A program made the position numbers and the translations under genes. Below are positions 53,301-64,000 of a stretch of DNA of 64,000 nucleotides, one piece after another (position 1 is the stretch's first letter; every line of letters begins with the position of its first letter). Below the pieces are notes generated by a model that had not been told where the DNA came from, searched no databases, and worked only from the letters and a program-made list of their open reading frames with translations. This stretch comes from the human T2T-CHM13v2.0 reference genome, Homo sapiens, in NCBI RefSeq assembly GCF_009914755.1, contig NC_060948.1. One strand, given 5' to 3'.

Positions 53301-56300
53301 AAGAAGAGGATAATCACATAACCTAGGGGCTGTACCTAGAAATATATTACAATTACCCTTTTGAATGGAAACCAGTCACTGGGAGAGTGTCGCATCACTT
53401 AGGTGCCGGGCTAAGTGATTTGTAATGATTTCCACTGTGGAAAGGGCCCACTTAGAAAAAGAGAGTCAGATCACCCAAGTGATGGGCTCACAGATATTTC
53501 ACAATAATACCTTAAGGTAGTTCCCAGCAGAATAATTATATCATCTATTTCCTGGTTCTAGCAATAAGTCACTCTCCCTTCAAGGGTCAGGCAAATTTAA
53601 GAAAGTCAAATCACATCGGCGCTGAGAACAGAAATATCAGAATTCCTCTTATGTACAAAGTCCAGGTATGAAAAGAGAATAATGTAAAATAGGTTGTGGG
53701 CCATGAGACATATTACTATGCTGTGTGAGCTGGGTCCAGACAGGACACCAACATCACCTTTGTTCTGGGCTTAACAATATGTCACAATGCCTTCTGAGGG
53801 TAGGGCCAAGCCAAAAGAGTAACATCACTTCGGTGTTGAACCAAGTGATATGTTACAATATCTTCTGGGAGCACAACCTAGGAAGAAAAGAAAAGTAACA
53901 TCAGCTAGGCTCTGGATCCAATGATGTGTTACAGGTTGTGTGTGTGTGTGCGTGTGTGTGCAGAAATCAGGAAAAGAAGTAAGTCACATCATCTGGACAT
54001 CATAATGTCATTTGTAGATAGGCCTCAATTGGGAGAGTTATTAATATATTACATACATGGTGGACCCCGCAATATTTTACAATAGTCCTGTGGGCAGAAC
54101 CTTGCTAGGAGAGTCATATAACCTGTATGCAGTATTCAGTGATATATCCTAATGCTCTTTGAAGGTGGCACCAAGGAAGAAGACTCATAGTCACATCACA
54201 CAGTTGCTAACCCAAGTGATATGTGACTATGCCTCTAGTGGATGGCAACAAGGTAGGTGAATAAAGTCACTTCAGCTACCTATGTTCTGGCTCCAGCAAT
54301 ATATCAGAATACCATCTGTGGACTGGGCCGAGGCAGGAGAGCAAATGCACTCAGAGGCTGAAAAACACTATATGTCACAATTGCAACTAATGGAAAATAG
54401 AGATAAAATTAAGAATCCTACATATATCTCAGTTATAGATAGGAAAGTCAATGCTTCCTGTATGCTGGGTAAGTACATGAGTCACAGTCTATGCAGTGCA
54501 CAGGTTCCATGCATGAAAGCGTCAATCACAACTCCTGACTGTGCTTCTTTGTGACTGTGTAGAGTCACAGCTTCAGTGTGTTAAATCTTGGTCTGAGGTC
54601 ACAATCTCACCTGTGAACTGGATTCACATGTGAGAGACAATTTTGCAACTTTCCACAGCCTCTTGGTAAGACATTTAGAACCTCAACAGTGGGATGTGTT
54701 CATACAAAAAGATAACAATCTTTGCTATCTGCTGGGTGTGCATAGGAGAGTCACAATCCTGCCTCTGTATTGTGTTCTGTTAGGATGCTTTTTGTACCAC
54801 TTGAGAACTTTATATGGTATTCATGAGAGTCCAAATTTGCTCTGATACTTTGGTGCTGTTATGAATGCATAATCTTACCTGCTGATCTAAGCCCAGATAT
54901 GAGACTCAACAGCTCTCCAGTTGCCTTTATTTGAGAGTTCCTCAACATGCGTATGAGCAGAGTTAGTCACGATCTCAACCAAATGTTCACATGTGACTAC
55001 CGTAATTTTCTACTGTGGACTATGTTTTATGTAATTCAGGATTTCACCAGTGATCTCTGTCTACATGTGAGGGGACAATCCTAACGGTTGATGGGTTTTG
55101 TCTATGAAAGACACATTCTCACCTATGTGCTGAGCCCTGTGATGATACATTTTACCACCATGGGCTTTATAACATATGAGAAAGTGGTAATTTTCTGTGA
55201 CCTTCACAGAAATAGGAGGTCCAGGTTCTTACATGCTTTTCTCAGCTAAATATGAGAGATAGTATCTCTTGCATTGCCTGGTTCAAGGCAAAAAAATCAT
55301 CTGTGATGATGCCATGGTATATGTTAAAATTCCACCTGTGGGCAAAAAGTGAGCAGGAGAGTCACCTGAGTGGTGAGCCAGGGATATATCCAAATCTTTC
55401 CTGAGGACAGGGACAAGGTAAAAAAGTCAAATCACCTGGGTGTTTGGCCAGAGATTTTTTACAATCCTTTCCTGAAAGTAAGTCACAGGCAGCAGAATCA
55501 CATTACCCTAATCCTGGGACTAGTGATGTTATAATGTTCACTGTAGACAAGACCCAGGTAGGGGAGTCACATCACTTGGTTGCTGGGGCCAGCAAATATA
55601 TCGCAATTGTTCTTGTGTGTGGAAATGCAGGCAGAATAGGAGAGTCACATCATCTAGATGTTGGGTGAAGAGATATATCATAAAGCTTTCTGTGTGCAAG
55701 GCAGAGGCAAGAGCATTTCATCCTTTAGGTGCTGGATCAAATGATATGTCACAATTTGCTCAATGTATTTCAGACCCAGCCAAGGGAAAATAGTCACATC
55801 ACCTAGGTGCTGGGTCCAGTGATATAGCACAATACTCATCACCCCTTGGCTTTATTTAAACAGAATCCAGACAAAAGAGAACAAACACATCATTTTGGTA
55901 ATGAACAAAAAAGGTATTTTATAACACTCCTGTAGGCAGGATTTGGGCAGGAGAGTCACATAAACTAGATGCAGGGCCAAATGATATGTCACAAAGTACT
56001 CTATGGGCAGCACCAAAACAGGAGAAAAACTTGTATCACATGGATAAAATGTCTAGCAATATGTCACAATCCTTCCTTTTGCCATGGCCCAGGCAGAAGA
56101 TGAAAGCCACATCAAATAAATGATGGATCAGCAGATACATCATAATATACCTTTAGGAGGGCCAGGCAACAGAGGAACATTGCTCAGGTGTCATACCCAG
56201 CAATATGTCACAGTACCTTGTGTATTCAGGCCACAAGCAAGAGGAGAGAGTCACATTACTTACATTCTGAGACACGTGATAGATTCCAATTTTTCTTGTG

Positions 56301-57096
56301 GTCAGGGCCCAGCAGTAGAGAGTCACATCATGTAAGTGCTGGGTTTGCCATATTTTTACCATTTAAGAGCAGGACCCAGTTAGGAATGTTACATGTCCTA
56401 GATGACAGGCCCAAAAATATGTTGCAATTTCACCTATTGATAAAACTTAGGGAAAAAAAGGAGGGTCATATTATGAGCTCTATACCTAGTTATATGTCAC
56501 AATGCCGTCTCTTGGAAGGGCACAAGCAGAAGAGGAGAGTAACATTACCTAGGTTCTGGGTTCAGTGATACATCACAGTCCATCTTGTGGGAAGAGCCCA
56601 GGTAGGAAAGGAGAGTCAAATCACTTTGGTATTGGGCCACAGATCATCATAATGTAATTGTAGGCAGGATCAAAGCAGAAAAGTCACAACACCTTGTTAC
56701 TGAGTCCAGCAATATATCACATTGACCCATGAAAACAAGGATTAATGTGACCTCATTGTGACATAAACTAGGAGCTGGACACAGCTATTTTTCACAATCA
56801 TATCTATGAGCAGTGCACAGAAATGAAAGGAGTATATATTACCTCAGTTCTGGAACAATGCAATATGTCACAATCCTGACTGTGGACAGGGCCAAGGTGG
56901 AGCAGGAGAGTCACATCACCTAGGTGGTGGGCCCAAAGATACATCACAAAAACTCCTGTGGGCTAAACTCAGGCAAGAGAGTCACATCACATGTGTGCTG
57001 TGCTCAGCAATTAGTCACTATCCCTTCTGTGGGAAAACCCCAAGCAAAAGAGAAGTGTTAAATCACTTACTTGCTGGGCCCAGAAATATATCAAAA
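47336..57096 (+). repeat. Large diverged beta satellite array with recurring variant cassettes
   Basis: About 9 kb of ~68-72-bp units. Cassettes at ~49340-50340 and ~54370-55370, with partial copies at ~51130-51400 and ~52250-52850. (TG)n at ~53937-53960. Confidence 0.9.
47636..48366 (-). mobile_element. LTR9-like ERV1 solo LTR inserted in satellite
   Basis: Minus strand begins TGAGAGAAGTTAGCTAACTTGCCTTATGTAGACAGCAAGGGAAG and has duplicated ccaatcagaggctgaa boxes. Confidence 0.75.
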
Positions 57097-57379
57097 TTTC
57101 TTTATTTCTTTCTTTCTTTATTTTTTTTCAAGTTCTTTTCTTTTAATTTTCTTTTTTATTTTTCCACTTTTTTTTTTATTATACTTTAAGTTCTAGGGTA
57201 CATGTGCACATTGTGCAGGTTAGTTACATATGTATACATGTGCCATGCTGGTGCGCTGCACCCACTAATGTGTCATCTAGCATTAGGTATATCTCCCATT
57301 GCTATCCCTCCCCCCTCCCCCGACCCCACCACAGTCCCCAGAGTGTGATATTCCCCTTCCTGTGTCCATGTGATCTCAC

Positions 57380-61202
<3,823 letters not shown>

Positions 61203-61265
61203 TATGATGTTAGCTGGCCATTTTGCGCATTAGTTGATGCAGTTTCTTCCTAGTCTCGATGGTCT

Positions 61266-62283
61266 TTACATTTTGGCATGATTTTGTAGCGGCTGGTACC
61301 GGTTGTTCCTTTCCATGTTTAGCACTTCCTTCAGGAGCTCTTTTAGGGCAGGCCTGGTGGTGACAAAATCTCTCAGCATTTGCTTGTCTGTAAAGTATTT
61401 TACTTCTCCTTCACTTATGAAGCTTAGTTTGGCTGGATATGAAATTCTGGGTTGAGAATTCTTTTCTTTAAGAATGTTGAATATTGACCCCCACTCTCTT
61501 CTGGCTTGTAGGGTTTCTGCCGAGAGATCCGCTGTTAGTCTGATGGGCTTCCCTTTGAGGGTAACCCGACCTTTCTCTCTGGCTGCCCTTAACATTTTTT
61601 CCTTCTTTTCAACTTTGGTGCATCTGACAATTATGTGTCTTGGAGTTGCTCTTCTCGAGGAGTATCTTTGTGGCGTTCTCTGTATTTCCTGAATCTGAAC
61701 GTTGGCCTGCCTTGCTAGATTGGGGAAGTTCTCCTGGATAATATCCTGCAGAGTGTTTTCCAACTTGGTTCCATTCTCCCCATCACTTTCAGGTACACCA
61801 ATCAGACATAGATTTGGTCTTTTCACATAGTCCCATATTTCTTGGAGGCTTTGCTCATTTCTTTCTATTCTTTTTTCTCTAAACTTCCCTTCTCACTTCT
61901 TTTCATTCATTTCATCTTCCATCGCTGATACCCTTTCTTCCAGTTGATCGCATTGGCTCCTGAGGCTTCTGCATTCTTCTAGTAGTTCTGGAGCCTTGGT
62001 TTTCAGCTCCATCAGCTCCTTTAAGCACTTCTCTGTATTGGTTATTCTAGTTGTACATTCTTCTGAATTTTTTTCAAAGTTTTCAACTTCTTTGCCTTTG
62101 GTTTGAATGTCCTTCCGTAGCTCAGAGTAATTTGATCGTCTGAAGACTTCTTCACTCAGTTCGTCAAAGTCATTCTCCATCCAGCTTTGTTCCGTTGCTG
62201 GTGAGGAACTGCGTTCCTTTAGAGGAGGAGAGGCGCTCTGCTTTTTAGAGTTTCTAGTTTTTCTGTTCTGTTTTTTTCCCCAT
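61266..62283 (-). pseudogene. L1 ORF1p, disrupted
   Basis: An extra A in the A-run after the ATG and a TGA at 61893; the C-terminal 186 aa are open. Confidence 0.95.
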
Positions 62284-62738
62284 CTTTGTGGTTTTATCTA
62301 CTTTTGGTCTTTGATGATGGTGATGTACAGATGGGTTTTTGGTGTGGATGTCCTTTCTGTTTGTTAGTTTTCCTTCCAACAGACAGGACCCTCAGCTGCA
62401 GGTCTGTTGGAGTACCCTGCCGTGAGAAGTGTCAGTGTGCCCCTGCTGGGGGGTGCCTCCCAGTTAGGCTGCTCGGGAGTCAGGGGTCAGGGACCCACTT
62501 GAGGAGGCAGTCTGCCCATTCTCAGATCTCCAGCTCTGTACTGGGAGAACCGCTGCTCTCTTCAAAGCTGTCAGACAGGGCCATTTAAGTCTGCAGAGGT
62601 TAATGCTGTCTTTTTGTTTGTCTGTGCCCTGCCCCCAGAGGTGGAGCCTACAGAGGCAGGCAGGCCTCCTTGAGCTGTGGTGGGCTCCACCCCGTTGGAG
62701 CTTCCGGGCTGCTTTGTTTACCTAAGCAAGCCTGGGCA

Positions 62739-63047
62739 ATGGTGGGCGCCCCTCCCCTAGCCTCGCTGCTGCCTTGCAGTTTGATCTCAGACTGCTGTGC
62801 TAGCAATCAGCGAGACTCCGTCGGCATAGGACCCTCGGAGCCAGGTGCGGGATTTAATCTCGTGGTGCGCCGTTTTTTAAGCCTGTCGGAAAAGCGCAGT
62901 ATTAGGGTGGGAGTGACCCGATTTTCCAGGTGCCGTCTATCACCCCTTTCTTTGACTAGGAAAGGGAACTCCCTGACCCCTTGTGCTTCCCGAGTGAGGC
63001 AATGCCTCACCCTGCTTCGGCTCATGCAAGGTGTGTGCACCCACTGA
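62739..63047 (+). CDS. L1 antisense ORF0 (102 aa)
   Basis: MVGAPPLASLLPCSLISDCCASNQRDSVGIGPSEPG...; expression unknown. Confidence 0.55.
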   Translation: MVGAPPLASLLPCSLISDCCASNQRDSVGIGPSEPGAGFNLVVRRFLSLSEKRSIRVGVTRFSRCRLSPLSLTRKGNSLTPCASRVRQCLTLLRLMQGVCTH

Positions 63048-63188
63048 CTTGTGCCCACTCTCTGGCACTCCCTAGTGAGATGAACCCGGTACCTCAGAGG
63101 CAAATGCAGAAATCACCCTTCTTCTGGGTCGCTCATGCTGGGAGCTGTAGACCGGAGCTCTTCGTATTCGGCCATCTTGGCTCCTCCC

Positions 63189-64000
63189 TGGCTCAGTTTT
63201 TTTTAAAAGACAAAACCCTTTACTTATTAAAGGGAAGAGTGAGCTTTCCAAATGATCTGTCTCTTGTTTTTTTCTTCACTTCTTGATAGTCTGTTCACAA
63301 AGCAAACAAAAATTTTTTATTATTTATATATTTATTTACTTATTTATTTTTGAGACAGGATCTCTCTCTGTCACCCAGGCTGGAGTGCAGTGGCATGATC
63401 TTGGCTCACTGTAATCTTCACTTCCTGGGTTCAAGCAATTCTCCTGCCTCAGCCTCCTGAGTAGCTGAGACTACAGGTGACCACCGCCATGCCTGGCTAA
63501 TTTTTGTACTTTCATTAGAGATGAGGTTTCACCATATTGGCCAGACTGGTCTCAGACTCCCAACCTCAGGTGATCTGCCCACCTCGGCCTCCCAAAGTGT
63601 TGGGATTACAGGTGTTAACATTACATGAAAATATTGCTGAGAGAGAACAAAATTTTATCCATCCATTAGTCTATTATTCATGTCATCCCATTTTTTTAAA
63701 TGAAACGTTATATGCAAATGTATTCAATTTTTATCCGTTTGACAGTGAGGTGAAATTCTTACAAGCCTTTTATAAACCTGTAGAAATATTCGTTAAAAAG
63801 CAGATCAGTGCAATAAGAAATGCTTGGCTTCCAATGTTCAATGTATGGGAAAACCAAATAATATCTTTTTGAATTTAGTCAGTATGTTTATACACATAAT
63901 TTATTTTACAAGATTAAGTTTTACAAGCCATCCACTACTTGTTTTCACTTTTGCTTTATCTTATCTAATTTAACATAATCCTTTAGCTTCAAACTAGGCA
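63189..64000 (-). mobile_element. Probable MER4-group ERV internal fragment, interrupted by an Alu
   Basis: AT-rich sequence resembling antisense MER4-int-group leader regions; family and strand are uncertain. Confidence 0.4.
63312..63614 (-). mobile_element. AluS (Sx/Sq-like), missing the first ~20 nt
   Basis: (ttat)n tail and cctcaggtgatctgccc; the Alu stops at ttacaggtgt. Confidence 0.9.

Noticed and set aside
47336-57096. Regularly spaced conserved motifs with variable intervening sequence, superficially CRISPR-like
   Set aside because: The whole ~68-bp unit is homologous to beta satellite, the context is eukaryotic, and there are no cas genes.
14205-57189. Many 60-130-aa ORFs in satellite blocks, reminiscent of satellite-derived BPY2-like peptides
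   Set aside because: They are chance frames in repeats; I could not find the BPY2 coding sequence as I recall it.

Overview
This is repeat-dense primate, probably human, genomic DNA with no intact cellular gene. It contains five L1 elements: two young L1PA2-like copies, one 5'-truncated L1Hs pre-Ta-type copy, and two older L1PA8-L1PA11-type copies. There are four proviral remnants: a two-LTR HERV-K(HML-5)/LTR22 provirus, a 3'-truncated LTR15/HERV15 (ERV3-like env) provirus, and two gammaretroviral HUERS-P-like internal segments. Several solo LTRs (MER41A, MER4E, LTR5, LTR9- and MER61/LTR25-like), four Alus and three blocks of diverged 68-bp beta satellite make up most of the rest; the satellite blocks carry a recurring ~1-kb cassette. 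Two non-repeat islands look like decayed gene fragments that I could not identify. The most notable items are: an APOBEC3-like G-to-A signature in the HERV15 provirus, a read-through-extended L1 ORF0, a young L1Hs insertion with perfect TSDs, a TSD-less (probably recombinant) full-length L1, and the beta-satellite superstructure. I found no convincing new biological system. Family names come from remembered consensus sequences, not from database searches.
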